Assembly (NCBI GenBank): GCA_010015805.1
Contig: ML978133.1
Location: forward strand, 310,001 to 374,000
From: Rhizodiscina lignyota
Lineage: Eukaryota
Direction of reading: 5' to 3'
Length of the DNA: 64,000 nucleotides
Within the stretch, counting starts at the first letter, position 1. Each line of letters opens with the position of its first letter. The notes under the pieces are model-generated. The model saw nothing but the letters and a program-made list of their open reading frames with translations. It ran no database searches and was not told where the DNA came from. Position numbers and translations under genes: made by a program. Positions 14,588-27,656 of this stretch are shown piece by piece.

Positions 14588-15450
14588 ATGTCCCTCCGCT
14601 CGCCATTGCAGTCACAGTCTCAATTCAGTTATGACACCTCCACACCTCCCCCGCCACCGCCGAAGCCATCGACGCACTCGAGCGGACGTGGAACGCCGTT
14701 GACAGGTCCTCCCCTTCCACCTCCTCCGCATGGCCAGTCGCCGCATCCAAGCATAACCAGCAATCCGCAAGGCTATTCAGGATCACCAGGACCCAATCCT
14801 CCAAATCAGCATGCATTTGAGCAGGAGATTCCGCCACCAGAGCCTGGCTGGCTCCCGGACATTGTCAAGCAGCAGACGTGAGTCTTCCCCGCATCTCCAA
14901 TTCTCAAACGTCTCAAACGCTCACGTCTACACACAGCACGACGGACTTGACAACCCTTCTGCGCGACCCCAGCCTCCAGTCCGCCCTCCTCAATAACCCA
15001 GCGACCACACATCCCTCCCTCCCAGCCAGCACCGCGCAGCTCAACGCCATCCTCGCCGCAAACCTCCAGCTCGCACAGCAACTCGTCTCCCTCGAATCGC
15101 ACCTCCGCTCACGGCGCGATGCCACACAATCGCGGCTGCTCGCGCTGCGTGCCCTGGAGCGACAGTGGCGCGCGAAGCAGAGCGAGCAGGACGCCGCGCT
15201 GCGGGACTTCAGCGCGCCGGCGCTGTACCAGCGGCTTGTGGCAGCCGTGGGCGAAGGGGATGAGGTGTGTCGGGGGATGGAGGAGAGCTTCTTGCATGCG
15301 AGGGGTGGAGCTGGTGGGGAAGGGGAGAAGATGAGCGAGAGGGAGGTGATGGAATTCGTGAGGCGGTATAGGGAGGCGAGGAAGATTGCGTTTTTGAGGC
15401 GAGAGAGGAAGGAGAGATGGGACGAGGGTAGGGTTGGAGGGTGGAGATGA
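14588..15450 (+). CDS. VPS37: Vps37-like ESCRT-I subunit (Mod_r domain), one intron near 14878-14936
   Basis: Pro-rich N-terminus, a coiled coil, and the fungal Vps37-type C-terminus FSAPALYQRL...FVRRYREARK...RERKERWDEGRVGGWR. Confidence 0.75.
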
Positions 15451-17167
15451 TGGGCTGTCGATTGATTCGGTTCTCATGTGATAATGAGAATTACAAGCAC
15501 ACAGACGAGAATGGTCACGACTCTTGGATGGTTGACATGGCACTGATGCAGAAGGGTGGAATATCCTTTCAAATACATTGGTGCTATGGTTAAGCTATCT
15601 AGTGCGGGAGTGACGACGAAGCTCATCCATTCAGAAAGCAACAGATGGCTTGCGTTTAGCAGCCACGCTATGTCGGGATTTGCGTCTACGTCGACCTACG
15701 AAACTGTTCGGCGAGTAAGTAACAGGTTTGCAAAATGCAATACAGGAAAGATGGGTAGATTGGATGGATCAGGTCTCCAAAGTGATGATTTGAATCTTCA
15801 GCGGATAATCAGGAAGAACGCAGCAAATCGTGTACTCATCAGGGAATATGGCAGAATTATATGGGAGTTACTGACCACGGGATTGGCTCCAACGCTAGCT
15901 GAACTGAAAGGGTCCTATTCGAATAGCACAAGAATTAGTCGATGTACATGACGTGGACAACGTTGTCTTGTGCGAAAGGTCTGAGATGTGCGAGGCCATC
16001 TGTATCAGGCTGTCACCATTTCGTTAGCCATCGTCCACAGCTCTGGACAAACTAACGGGACGGACGTACCTCATTAAATCAGAATTTTCAGTGTTAATGT
16101 TCATTTCGAGCGAGTCCTCGTTACAGACTCGCCGATCAAACAGTGTGAATAGCTATCATCATTGAAGATGGCCTGGCAAGGGGGGATCGCATGATAGGAA
16201 CAGCACCTACTCTGCAATTCAGTCAGTTGCTAGTCTTCCAGCCACACTCGTACAGCAATTTATGGACGGTTGTAAAATCAGCTGACGAAATCTCAACAAG
16301 TACATCCCCAAACCAGCACCCAGGAGGTGTACAGCCTCGCTTTTGCGAACACTGGTTGGAGTATACGCAGTCTGTCCGCCCGTTCGTTCAAAATATCTTC
16401 ATGCAGGATCGAGGGACAGGAAGGAGAGCTGTGTATGTGGAGGCGCATACCTATATCAGCCAACATTAGCTACGTATACTCCAGACGAGCACAGAGCAAG
16501 ACTGATGATAATGCAGAGAATTCAGACAAGGCTGAAACAAACGAAGGTTCATCAAAGAAATTCAGATTGAGGAATGCCTTTCCGGTCGGGTATTGTCATC
16601 ACTGGAGGTGGTGTGTATGCAAAAAGATTTGCCGTACCTTTACTAGATTATTGAACTAATCGACCGGACCTACAAGAAGCCGGAAGGAAGCCAATGAGTC
16701 GGCCTATATCTATACAATGTCCCTTTAACATCTGTCAGTAATAGGTCCAATGAGAGATAACGTGGATGTTGAAGTATGAAGACTGGTCATGGTAATTCTA
16801 GGTTTAAAGTGGTCCTTCATGATGGATAGGATTTGGATTGTTCGTTGTCTTTAATCATTCGTGTTTGGTGAGAGAAACATGTAGATACTCACATGGATAT
16901 ACACATATTGTGATTGAATTGAATTGACGACCTAAGTTGTCAGTAGCTGGAGTAGTGGAATGAATGAAAGTAGATCGTCCTCGAGGTCGAAATTCTGTGA
17001 AAAGAATTGGAGCAGAAGCTTTGGCCATCATCGGTCCACGGCATACGGCTTTTTCCGTTGCCGTAGAATACCCGGGCGGCCCGACGAACCATTTGAGGAT
17101 GCACGTGACGTCACTGGATCTTTAAATATCCCGATTGTCGATTTTCTGTCTATATCTGCAATACGAG

Positions 17168-18068
17168 ATGGCTCCCAATAACGACGATCATGTCCAGAAG
17201 ACGAGCAATACACTGAAGCCAGAGCCAGATGAACAACCGTCAGATACACGTTTCTCAGCAGAGGAAGAGGCTGTGCGTTTGAACTAGACTTTCTGTCCGT
17301 TGGAGCTCAGTTATGCTGGAGAGACAACTGACTGTCAGTAAATCGTAGGCTCTCTTATCGCAGTCACACGAGCAGAAGGCAACAGCGAACAACTTCTTCA
17401 CGACTGGCAGTTACTCAGACGCGATAACGCGCTATGGCCAAGCAATTGCATCGTGTCCCAACTACCTCGATTACGAGCTCGCGGTCCTGCACTCCAACAT
17501 CGCTGCCTGCCACCTCAAACTGAAGGAATGGAAAGAAGCGGTTGACAGCGCTTCGCGAGCTGTGGATGGTCTGGAAAGGCTTGATCCCGTCCCCAAACCC
17601 AAGGCAGCAAATGGGAAAGATGGCCAGACAGCAACGGAAGGAAAACAAGGACAGGAAGTCGTAGAGATTGACGATGAGACCGAAAGGCGTTTGGAAGACC
17701 TGTCGAGGACAGGGAGGAGTCTTGACGACGTTCGCAAATTACGCGTCAAAGCTCTGCTTCGTCGTGCAAAGGCGCGATCAGAGCTGAATACGTGGGCCTC
17801 GCTTCAAGGTGCAGCCGAAGACTACAAGCAGCTGTCGAACATGCCATCACTAGCGCCGTTGGATGCCCAGACCGTTCGGAGGGCGCTCACGGAGCTTCCA
17901 CCGAGACTGGAGGAGGCACAGAAGAGAGAAATGGCGGATATGATGGGCAAACTGAAGCAATTGGGTAATGGCATCTTGAAGCCCTTCGGCCTGAGCACTG
18001 ACAATTTCAATATGGTAAAGGACGAGGCCAGCGGAGGCTACAGCATGCAGTTTAACCAGGACAAGTGA
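17168..18068 (+). CDS. Tetratricopeptide repeat protein 1 (TTC1)-like co-chaperone, one intron
   Basis: TPR motifs (KATANNFFTTGSYSDAITRY; AVLHSNIAACHLKLKEWKEAV; KALLRRAKAR) and the TTC1-type C-terminus MMGKLKQLGNGILKPFGLSTDNF..GGYSMQF. Confidence 0.85.
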
Positions 18069-18641
18069 AATCCGAGCTCCGAAGTACAGTCGTATGTGCA
18101 AATGCCGTCTCCACCCAATAGCTACTTACCCGTTTGGGGCTCGCTTGTCTTCCATGCCTATTGGACGACTGGCCGGCGCACCATACACTGCGTATTCGGT
18201 AGGTGATCACAAAGAAAGCCTCGCCCCGCACACGGCCGTGGGTCTGCGTAACGCATGTGTTAATCGGCGCAGCCATGCGATTCGTGATCAGTGAACACGT
18301 TCTTGCCGCTGGAAACTGGAGTGAGCCTGGTGCCTGGTCTATCAGGCGCATACGTATGTATGCTCGGATCCTCTGCGACAGCCCCCCACGCCAGGCTGAC
18401 TTGCAAGCTTGGAAGCCTTCTAGAAGGAAAAGCTTCGCCTCTGCCGAGTTGCTTATCCTCTCCGTTCGGTCGACACTGCCTGCCGATCGCGGATTCGCAG
18501 CATTCCACCTTAGTCGCTGCATCGCCCCGTTCCGTGCTAAGACGACTGCATCACCGCGATCCTGCGTGATATCATTTTCTATATAACAACTCTTCTCCTC
18601 TACATTCACCCGCTTCTCCTAGATATGCCTTCCTGATAACT

Positions 18642-21384
18642 ATGGAGGACAAGAAAATCGACGAAAAACCGCCTTTCAACGGCGCTGACCCTCCAGCTTA
18701 CGAGGGTCCAACAAATGGACAACCCCCACCAGACTTTGAAGATCTAACAGCGAGACTGAACAACTTGAATCTATCGCAGTCCTCTGCAGTTCCAACTCCG
18801 GATCAATGCATCGCGCACCTCAAGTTTCTCGAGGCTCTGCATCAGCTTCGTGAGAGCGTTGCCCAGACTGAGGGTCTCTTCGACCTCATCTCGCCACCTG
18901 AGAAGAAGTCCGAGAAACCATCTGAGCAGCGCGAGAATGCTGAGGCTCAAGTTCGGGTGCGAGAGAAGAGATGGGCTGTCTACGTTGCCAGAGCTGTGGA
19001 TCGCTTCGAAACCTGGTGGAACATGTGCATTCCATCTACCGTGGCTGGCACGCCGTCTGACAGACTCACTGCTGAAGTGTATCTTGCAGAACAGAGCCCA
19101 GAATTTCGACCCCTCAAGGGAAAGCCGATTATGCAGCTTTCACAGGATCAGTTGCCACCACTTGGTATTAAAACAAAGCCAGATGTCCTGTATACCTAAC
19201 TGACCTCTATTAGATGTCTTGATGGTTTGGCACAGCTACATGCTGAACCCACGCTGCTTCTTGGAGGACTGCATCAGATTCACAAAGCTTGACTTTTATG
19301 CGACACCTTTCCCATTTCAACATATCGACCAATGCATTGACAGTGTCACCTTCGAATATATCCCAACTGCAAGGGCTCGATCGCATTGGGAGCAAGCGAC
19401 CAGTCGAATGTGGGATAACCTTCACGAGCCGATGGAGAAGACTCTACTGTGTCCCAACAGCGGCAACGGCACGCCGAAGCATTTCGCCTCCTTCCCTTGG
19501 ACCTCGGGCGCGCGTATCCGCATTATGGAGAACGGAGAAATGAATGGCGGTTGTGGTTATGCTGATGCTGATTTTCAGGGTGTCTGCGAGACATGCAGTG
19601 TCAAGTTCACTCATGACTATCTTAGGGTTCAAAAATTCCGGAACGATCTGGTTGCCTGGAATACGAAACACTACCCGCTTCCTGGAACGATTCTTGGACG
19701 TCAGGGTCTACCCGAGCCAGCTACCAAATACACTCAGCTACCACCCGAGTGCTGGGTTCCGAATCTTCTCATTTCCGGCATGACAGTCTTCGACACTCTT
19801 GAAGGCGCTACGAAGCCCGACAATGACGCAGCTACAATGACTGACGTTAAAGGTGTCTTCGAGGCAGGTGTCAAAGACCGGAAGACTATCATTGCGCTGG
19901 GCATGCGCGCAGGCAGACTGCCTCCATCTGCGCGCACTGCTATTCGCCGCATGCTCAATCGCTATTGGTTCAACTCGTCCCCATTTGCACTCGACCTCGT
20001 CGGTGCTGTTGTCCGACAGGGCTCTTTCATCGACAAGATGCATAACATCGACTGGTTGCGTTCTCCGGCTCTCCAGAGTACGATGGTGCGACTGATCGAG
20101 AAGTATCAGCGCTTCTTTGGCATCATGAAGGATAATCCGTGGAAACTTGCTGTCCCGACCCTTGATGTTGATCTGGCCTGGCATACACATCAATTGACTC
20201 CACAGATGTATTATACATACTCTGTGAAGGCGACTAGTCAGCTCATCGATCACGACGACAAGATTGCAGAGGCCGACCTTTCCGATGCGTTCGAGTGGAC
20301 AAGTAAGACATACTCGAAGATGTATAACGAAGCATACTCCCAGTGCAATTGCTGGTACTGCGAGGCCGTCCGCGAAAGTCACACTTCTACGTTCTCGCGA
20401 ATGACTAAGAAGAGCGACATGCGCCAGCCTGACGAGGGTTGTCCATCAGACCCACTCAAGTCCGCTCACATCTCCGCTCACAATGCGGTTCGCGATACGG
20501 ACTACACTGCCCAGGCTAGAGCGAGAGTCAAGGCTGCAGAACTGGACAAGGCTTACCACAAGGCTTGTGCAAGAGCAAGGAAGAAGGGTCGCACCCCTCC
20601 TCCGAGAGACGATTATTTCTACGCCTATGCGTACGGCTATCCATATTTTTTCCCTCTTTATTACCCTTACGCCGTGGACCCATGCATCGGGGGAGCTGGT
20701 GTATATGCCTGTGATCCTGCAGGAGTGAACACGGGTGCAGGCAGCTACGGCGCTTGTGCTGCAGGGACGTGCGGCGGAATGGCTGCTGCGGGCGGTTGTG
20801 GTTCCGGGGGCTGCGGAGGTATGTTCTGCCCCTTTTACTTATATACAGCGAGTTGCAGAGCCGGCTTCCAAGGATTTTCGATCGTCGATTTTCGAATCTC
20901 AGCGTCTGACCCCTTTCGATGTCACAAACCTGGAGTATCTACATAGGAACATAGGCCGAGAGTCATTTGATTCAACTAATCTATAGGATTCTTCCGGGAT
21001 TTGCAATGGCTAGGCCTGCCTTGGGCCAGACTTATAGGGTAGGCAAAGTCCAAGTCCTTCCAGGACAGATCTGGTCACCGCAAATGACTTCTCCTAACAG
21101 CAGCTTACCGAACAGACTCTGAGATTCGAAAATCGAACATCGAAAGTCGAAAATTCTTAGAAGCTAGCTCCGCAAACTTCTGTAGCATTGATTTGTCAAG
21201 TTCATGCGTTGCTAACGAAATCCCTTAGGCGGTGGATGCGGCGGAGGCGGAGGCGGATGTGGAGGTGGAGGTGGTGGCGGATGCGGCGGTGGCGGAGGGG
21301 GAGGCTGCGGAGGAGGAGGTTAGATCTGACGTTTGGTTTGCCAATTCATATGTTGCTAACGAATTTCTTTTAGGTGGAGGCTAG
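18642..21384 (+). CDS. Glycine-rich domain-containing protein (GRDP/DUF1399 family)
   Basis: Motifs PTPDQCIAHLKFL, LPPLDVLMVWHSYMLNPR, VVRQGSFIDKM, VPTLDVDLAWHTHQL and DHDDKI, then a Tyr-rich and a Gly/Cys-rich tail. Introns near 19165-19213 and 20819-21228, possibly also 21319-21373; the stop is at 21323 if the last intron is retained. Confidence 0.88.
20846..21182. mobile_element. Non-autonomous Tc1/mariner-type MITE (337 bp) inside an intron
   Basis: Imperfect ~65-bp terminal inverted repeats (20846-20908 vs 21113-21182), CAG...CTG ends, TA on both sides (20844-45 and 21183-84). Confidence 0.8.
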
Positions 21385-21739
21385 AGAATAGACTTACTCA
21401 TGAAATTTCCTTACTGCGATGTCACGTGGACTTCACCGGCGACGATATTGCCCGAGGGATTTGATGGCATAGGGAAGTGGACGTCGGAATGAAGGCTAAG
21501 AGTCTGGGTTTCCTTGTATTATTTAGTGCACTCGATACCTTTCTCAGTCCAATGACGGCCGTGTTTTTGTCTTTTCTCATCCAGTCATGTTACTTGACCT
21601 GGTGACAAGCCTTTCTCGATGACTATTCAATCACCCCATGTTATGGGCGCCAAAAGCAGTGCCTCTGAAAATCATTATAGTGACCTATATCGTAATGCCC
21701 TTGCTATGACTGTGCCTGAATTCTAACAAAACAAGAATG

Positions 21740-22260
21740 CTACTCTACTGCTCTCTCGACCACCTTCTGATTACGCTCTTTCTTCCAAACATATGCGTAT
21801 GGTAGCAATTCCTTGACACACACGACATTCTCCGTCCCAAGCTCATCAACAACGATAACGTCAATGTCCGAATTGAGGTCAAACATCTGCTGGCGGCACC
21901 TCCCGCATGGATTGATTACCTTCATAGCAGGATCGCGGTCATTATGGACGCGCTTTACTGCGACCATGAGGAGCAAATCCGCAGGTAGGACGCCTGATGC
22001 TGCAGCTGATCCGATAGCGACGGGCTCAGCGCATGGCCCGCCGGTGAAGTGAGAGACATTGATGCCGCTTCAGAGGTCAGCTTAGACGTCTACTGGGAGT
22101 ATGAAGGCAGTGTGGAATACGTGAAGATTCGCGAATCCTGGGAAAGACAGGCTGCTGAAACACAGTGCGTTCCTTCGGCGGTGACTTCGGGAGGGAGATT
22201 GCGCAAGGTAGCTTTAGCTGCTGAAATGAGCTTTTGAACAGCGTCGTCGTCCGGTGCCAT
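21740..22260 (-). CDS. bsd: Blasticidin S deaminase-like cytidine deaminase family protein, one intron
   Basis: Spliced reading RIFT|GINVSHFTGGPCAE...NPCGRCRQQMFDL...KELLPYAYVW closely parallels Aspergillus terreus BSD (RIFTGVNVYHFTGGPCAE, SPCGRCRQ, RELLPSGYVW, from memory). Confidence 0.85.
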
Positions 22261-22903
22261 GGTATCGGAGCAAGGGGTAAACGTAAGCAGATGAACTTTT
22301 TAGTACTGTGAGGACAGAAAGAAACGAAGCATGTAGACTCAACGAAAGATGAAAAGGCTTTAAGGATTTCTTTGTGGAGTAATACACGACACCGGTTCCG
22401 GGGGCGGTGATCAAATTAGGCAGTCTTGACGACTTGGGAGAAAAGAATAATTTTCTACTCTTCATCGTATTATTATACGTCTCTTGTCTTGATAAAAATA
22501 AAAAGGTCTCGGTTTAAAATGGCTCTGTTAGACATTTCGATTATATTACGAGAACTTTACTTAAAAACTGGTATCGTTCCATAGCTGCGTTTAACAAGAG
22601 ATGGTGTGGAGGACTCGCAGGGTATGCAGACGCATTGTGATATCACCAAGTTACCAGTACTAGACTTCTTGTAATAAGAGCAGATTGGATGAATGAAGGC
22701 TTGATGTTTACATAACTATCGCTATGATGTCGAGTTTGGAAATATGTAGCTCAGTGATAGCAACGTCCGATCCATGTTGCAGTCGTCCTCATCTGCCACA
22801 TCCTCCAATCTACCACATTCACTAATCCACCACATCCACAGCTAATGGAGGCATTGAGATGCATCCCCACTTTGAAGAGTTCCAGAGGTGCAAAATTACT
22901 GCC

Positions 22904-24513
22904 TTATGGCAACGATACTGTTTTTCTCAAGGCAGGACCAGGCTTTTCCATGTTCGGGGACACACTCCTTGCAATCGGATTGTTCAATGCGGCTGCTACT
23001 GTAGGTGCAGCGCCCCATTCGCTATCCAGAATTCTTCGTACATCAATTTGGATTAGCAATCCCACTGCCAATGGACCCACTATCGTATTCAACACGATGG
23101 CCCAAATGGCTGTAATGAATGCTTCTGTGGAGAGATAGCTTGTCTGGTTGTATCCAATTTGTATGATGAGTAGACCGATCTCGCCGCGCGCAACCATCGC
23201 CAGACCGACCAACATGGTTGGAGAGATAACACGCTTCAGAAATGGAGTCGGCCCCAAATCTTGCTTGCTCTTTCGGCTGGATCCAATGCCGTATCTGGCG
23301 GACAGAGTCCAGAGAGGAATATACAAGCCAACGATGAGCTTCGCCAGCATCATCACAATAGCGAAGGCTACGCCTCTCCAGATTGCTTCGCCTGTCCACA
23401 TGTCCAAAAACGGCACTGCAAAGCCAATGCTGGCAAAGAAAAGAGGTTGCAATACGTACTGTTGCACGCTGGCCAAGAATTGATCGAAAACCTTGGTGAA
23501 AGGTGAGACTTCGGAATCGTTGCAAGGTCCAGTCGTAGCCGTTAAATAGACTTGATTCGCCGGAGGACTTGGCAGGTAGGCTAAGAGCATCCCAGCTAGA
23601 AAAGCCCCGTACAGTACTGAACTTCCAGAATATGCGGAGATAGCCAGGAAAGCGCACAGCACACATGCCATGAACATCAGACTAAAAGCGCGTCCCAACT
23701 TGAAGAGGCGAGGTTCAAGAAAGTGACGAAATGCCGGCGTTAACAAATACTTGGCGAGCAATGGAGTAACGATACTCATCGCGAAGGATGCGACAATGGG
23801 CCGTCCGATGAGCCATCCGAGATTGATATTTGCGCCTCCCGAGAGTGCTCCCAGGTTCTGAATTACACTCGCCATGACCAAGCCAGCCACATCGTCAATG
23901 ACAGCGGCGCTGAGAATGACCGTGCCTGCCTTCGTCTGGGTCATGCTTACTCTGCCGGCAGCATCCTTCAGGACCACAAGTGTAGTCCCCAGAGATGTGC
24001 AGGAGAGTGCCGCTCCAACGATAAAAGCCTCGAGTGCGCCGTAGCCATATGAAACATAGAGGATTAAGAATGATAGGGCAATGGGCATAGCTGACCCTGT
24101 TGTTGCTACTATCAGGCTCAAAAATAAATTTTGTTTCAAGAGATCGAGTCGTGCTGTAAGGCCACCTACGAAGATGTTAGGTATCTTGGGTATATTCCGT
24201 GAACGTATATTACCTTCGAAGACGATGACGATTAATCCAACATAGCCCAAGGCTACGAACGTCTCTTGCCATTCAACATGTAAGATATTGCTGAGTGGCC
24301 TGCCGTATATTATTCCCACGAACATCTGCCCGATAAGGCCGGCGCGGAAGACCTTGTTCGCCGCCCATTCTGAAATCGAAAGGGCAAGAAAGAATGATAT
24401 CAGGACAAGGATTTGGATTACTACTAATTATCAGACCTAAACTTAGCATCGAAGAAAGCGGGCTTCTTACTGTCTGGCTCCTCGTATGGTAGAAATCGGT
24501 TCGTATCAGTCAT
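22904..24513 (-). CDS. CPA2-family cation/H+ antiporter (Na_H_Exchanger), spliced
   Basis: Start MTDTNRFLPYEEP, many TM segments, and motifs GAALSCTSLGTT, SAAVIDDVAGL, PLFFASIGF and GLAMVARGEIG. Confidence 0.88.
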
Positions 24514-24946
24514 TCTCACAGAAATCTACGGAAGTAGAGATTGCTTCAACAAGCCTTGAAGACGCCATCAAACAGGTTTCAGTTTTCTACTGCGAGATCC
24601 TTGGAGTTAATTATCTGTGAGACAAAGATTGACTCCAATTAGATCGTATTGGCTGATTTCGAGGGAAGAGGCTAATAGGTCGAGATCGCAAGATGTCGAC
24701 AGACGGCACGAGGGTTGATAAATCTTCCGCTGGGCGGGCACTAGGGCAAGCCCACTTTAGGGGGCTTTCCCCACTTAACTTAGGGACCAGCCACCTAGAA
24801 TTCTGCAGAGGGCTCCCAAACGTGCTACGTCTGCATTGGAGAGCCACGAGTGACAATCATTCGTTCCACCAAACCCAAATGTACTAAGCATCAGAATGGA
24901 TTGGCTCTAATCTGTGGAGTATTAATTTATGTGTTACATAAAGCTG

Positions 24947-25984
24947 CTACTCTACTAATCCGTCATCAATCTCCTGAAAGATGGCCAGACCTATTCTACC
25001 CAGCGCCGTTCCAACTGCAACGGCAGAAGCACCAACGGATCGCATACGCTTGTACCCTTCTGCATCACTCACGCCACCCACGCCTATGATCTGGATATGC
25101 TGAAGCTCAGGGCGGGCTTTGATAAACTCTGAGAGAACCCGAACATTCCCTAAAGCGAGCGGATGAAGAGGAGCTCCCGCCATTCCTCCTATGCCGGCTC
25201 CAGTGCTTGAGTTAATGGTGGGCGTAAATGCGTCCTCATCGGCATCAATTGGCGAAAGAATCAGAGATGAGCCTAGTGTGTTTGTAGCCGTAATGAAAGA
25301 GACCTTGCAATTGCTCGCGCAGGTCGACAATGCATCGACGAGTGCCTTGAACTGATCTGAATACGTGTACGGCGGGACCTTGAGACCGATTGGGATCATG
25401 GGGTACTCAAGGACTTCAAGATACTCGATCAGACGCTCCCCCGAGTACGCTGGCGGAGGCTTGTCGGCTATGTTTGGGCATGAGAGATTTATCTCCATCA
25501 AGAGAGGGATGTCAACCTCTTCCTGTGTCGTGGCAATTGCATCGTGACATCGCCGGATCTCTAGAGGGCTGCCCGTGACTGATATGATGATCGGCTTGAT
25601 GTTTTTTGGCTTTGGAGAGAGGCCCTTGAGTACATCGGACAATTTTGCGACTATTTCCAAATACTCCGAGAGCAGCAGTGGTGAATAACCCAGTGTATTA
25701 AGGCTTCCGGTCTGCGTCGGATTGGCTTTGCCGAAAGCTGGTGTCGACGAATGCGACTGCGGATCGAAGAATGTGTATTGATGTATGGAATCATCGTGAG
25801 CAAAGCCGTCTATTAACGCAGTCCTTGTAGTTACCGCTCCGGTATATGGACAAGAATATAAAGCTTCGAGATCAGTAAAGTCTGTGGCCCAAGGATTCGA
25901 GCTGTTCAACAGTGGTGGTTCAATCTCAATGTGATCCTGCCGGCTGCTCTCTCCTGACGCCCACAGGGCATGTGGGACGCGCAT
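24947..25984 (-). CDS. Class 1A dihydroorotate dehydrogenase-like FMN oxidoreductase (possibly dihydrouracil oxidase)
   Basis: Intronless 345-aa ORF with LNSSNPWAT, GAVTTRT, LNTLGYS, EINLSCPN, ITATNTLG, GGMAGAPLHPLALGNV and IIGVGGVSD. Confidence 0.85.
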   Translation of the reverse strand: MRVPHALWASGESSRQDHIEIEPPLLNSSNPWATDFTDLEALYSCPYTGAVTTRTALIDGFAHDDSIHQYTFFDPQSHSSTPAFGKANPTQTGSLNTLGYSPLLLSEYLEIVAKLSDVLKGLSPKPKNIKPIIISVTGSPLEIRRCHDAIATTQEEVDIPLLMEINLSCPNIADKPPPAYSGERLIEYLEVLEYPMIPIGLKVPPYTYSDQFKALVDALSTCASNCKVSFITATNTLGSSLILSPIDADEDAFTPTINSSTGAGIGGMAGAPLHPLALGNVRVLSEFIKARPELQHIQIIGVGGVSDAEGYKRMRSVGASAVAVGTALGRIGLAIFQEIDDGLVE

Positions 25985-26468
25985 TGTGAATCAATGAGAT
26001 CCCTTTGAATTCGTGGGCTATTCTTATATACGAGAGAGATCGATTTGGAGAAGAGGAAGTGGGGCGTAAGGGAATTAACTAGATAGTGTAAATCCGGCGT
26101 TGTTGTTGAAAGCGGCAGGGTAGATAAGAAGTAAGTCTCATTACCAAATCATGGCGTGCCCAAGCTCAGGTAGCAAAGTGTCGGAAGAGCCTCGAGAAGA
26201 AAGAACTTTCACGTTACAAAACAATATAGATCATACAGCATCGGCACAACGTCCTTGTAAGAAAAACACTGGATGGCCTGCCAATAATATTGATTACATA
26301 AGTAGCTTCCATCGTCCTTCATCTGACAAATTCTACAGAAAACACAAATATGCTGTCGGAGCTGCACAGATTGTGCCTCATGCAATTCTAACGATATTGT
26401 ATCCTTGAACCGAGCCGACGGGGGAAGTGATGAGCCATTGAGCTTTGAATACGCTCTTGATCCTTCGT

Positions 26469-27475
26469 CTAATCTTCTCTGCCTGGACGTAGAGGGTCGT
26501 CCACTCGAGTAAAAGAAGGAAACTCTGATAAAAGATGCCCAGTGGCCCATTCCTTGATTGCGTCGAAGTCGCGGCATGTGTGAGGTACTTTGGGGTGGTT
26601 CGCATATCTTGGTGGGTCCAGTATGAGTTCCCATCGCCAGTAATGGGTGCTTATATCACTGTGACAGGTAACCAATTGCCGAAGAGAGTCGATACAGTGC
26701 TCTAAAAACATATCAGTGATCTCCCACTTCCTATGTATTCGAGATATCTCAGTAAACGTACCAACATGATGCATAGTTATATTCCTGTACTGATAACCAT
26801 CCCACAGTTGTCCATGATATCGCTCCGGATAGATAGTTCTGCGAATAATATTCAAGCAATGTAGCTGATGGAAAACATCAAGCATAGTGATATAACTGCC
26901 TTCATCTCCAGGCACAGGAGACGTGTAGTTCACTAGCTTCGCAGCTGATTCTTGCGGTATCTTGATGATCGTAGCTAATATGCTTGTTAGGAATGATGTC
27001 TGGAAGCCGACACCTTACCTGATAACTTACATTTGTATAGATTTTCCCAATTCCGATCGACTTCGTCATTGGGCATACCACCTTCCTCGGGAGGCATATA
27101 CTTCGTTTGAGGATCCAACTCTCCAGAGAACATCATGGTTTTATACGAAACGAGATGATTCGCAGGAGCTGAATTACAGTCAGTCAGTATCATGTGTTAT
27201 GATCCAGAGATCAACTCATCGGAAGAGAACTTACAATACAATGCCAAAGTCGGATCAGATTGATGCACTGGCTTGTATAGTATTATGATCAAAAAGAGAA
27301 AAAGATTCGAAATTGAAAGAATGACTAGTCTGTAATCCGGAAACTGCTGCAAGAACCTTTGACGTAGGGTATTTGCATGGCCTTCTTTATGCCATCTCGG
27401 CTCGTTTGGTTCGAGAGTACAGGTGTCTTTCTCAAGGAAGGGAAGTGTCTCTGCCGTTTGATTGGTATCATCCAT
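26469..27475 (-). CDS. UstYa-like DUF3328 oxidase (4 exons)
   Basis: N-terminal TM anchor (LVILSISNLFLFLIIILY), then SPANHLVSY, EVDRNWENLY, paired motifs VFHQLHCLN and HHV|EHCIDSLRQLVTCHSD, and HTCRDFDAIKEWA. Introns about 27169-27234, 26975-27030 and 26702-26761. Confidence 0.92.
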
Positions 27476-27656
27476 CGTAGGAATACTTTGATACCTCAGG
27501 CACTGGGTCGATTAGTCAATAAAAAGATTGGATATAAGGTGACACTTATATATCCAATTTTCTTTAGTGAGCGGGTATAGAGAAGCGGTTAAAATGGATG
27601 TATCACGAAAGACTAATGCAATCAGCCTCCCATTCTTTCACCGCGTTAGAAATTTC

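Noticed and set aside
15556..16700. ORFs of 75-131 aa between VPS37 and TTC1
   Set aside because: No family motif or convincing gene model; a decayed gene cannot be excluded.
22747..22790. tRNA-like TAGCTCAGTGATAGC
   Set aside because: No T-loop GTTCRA or acceptor stem.
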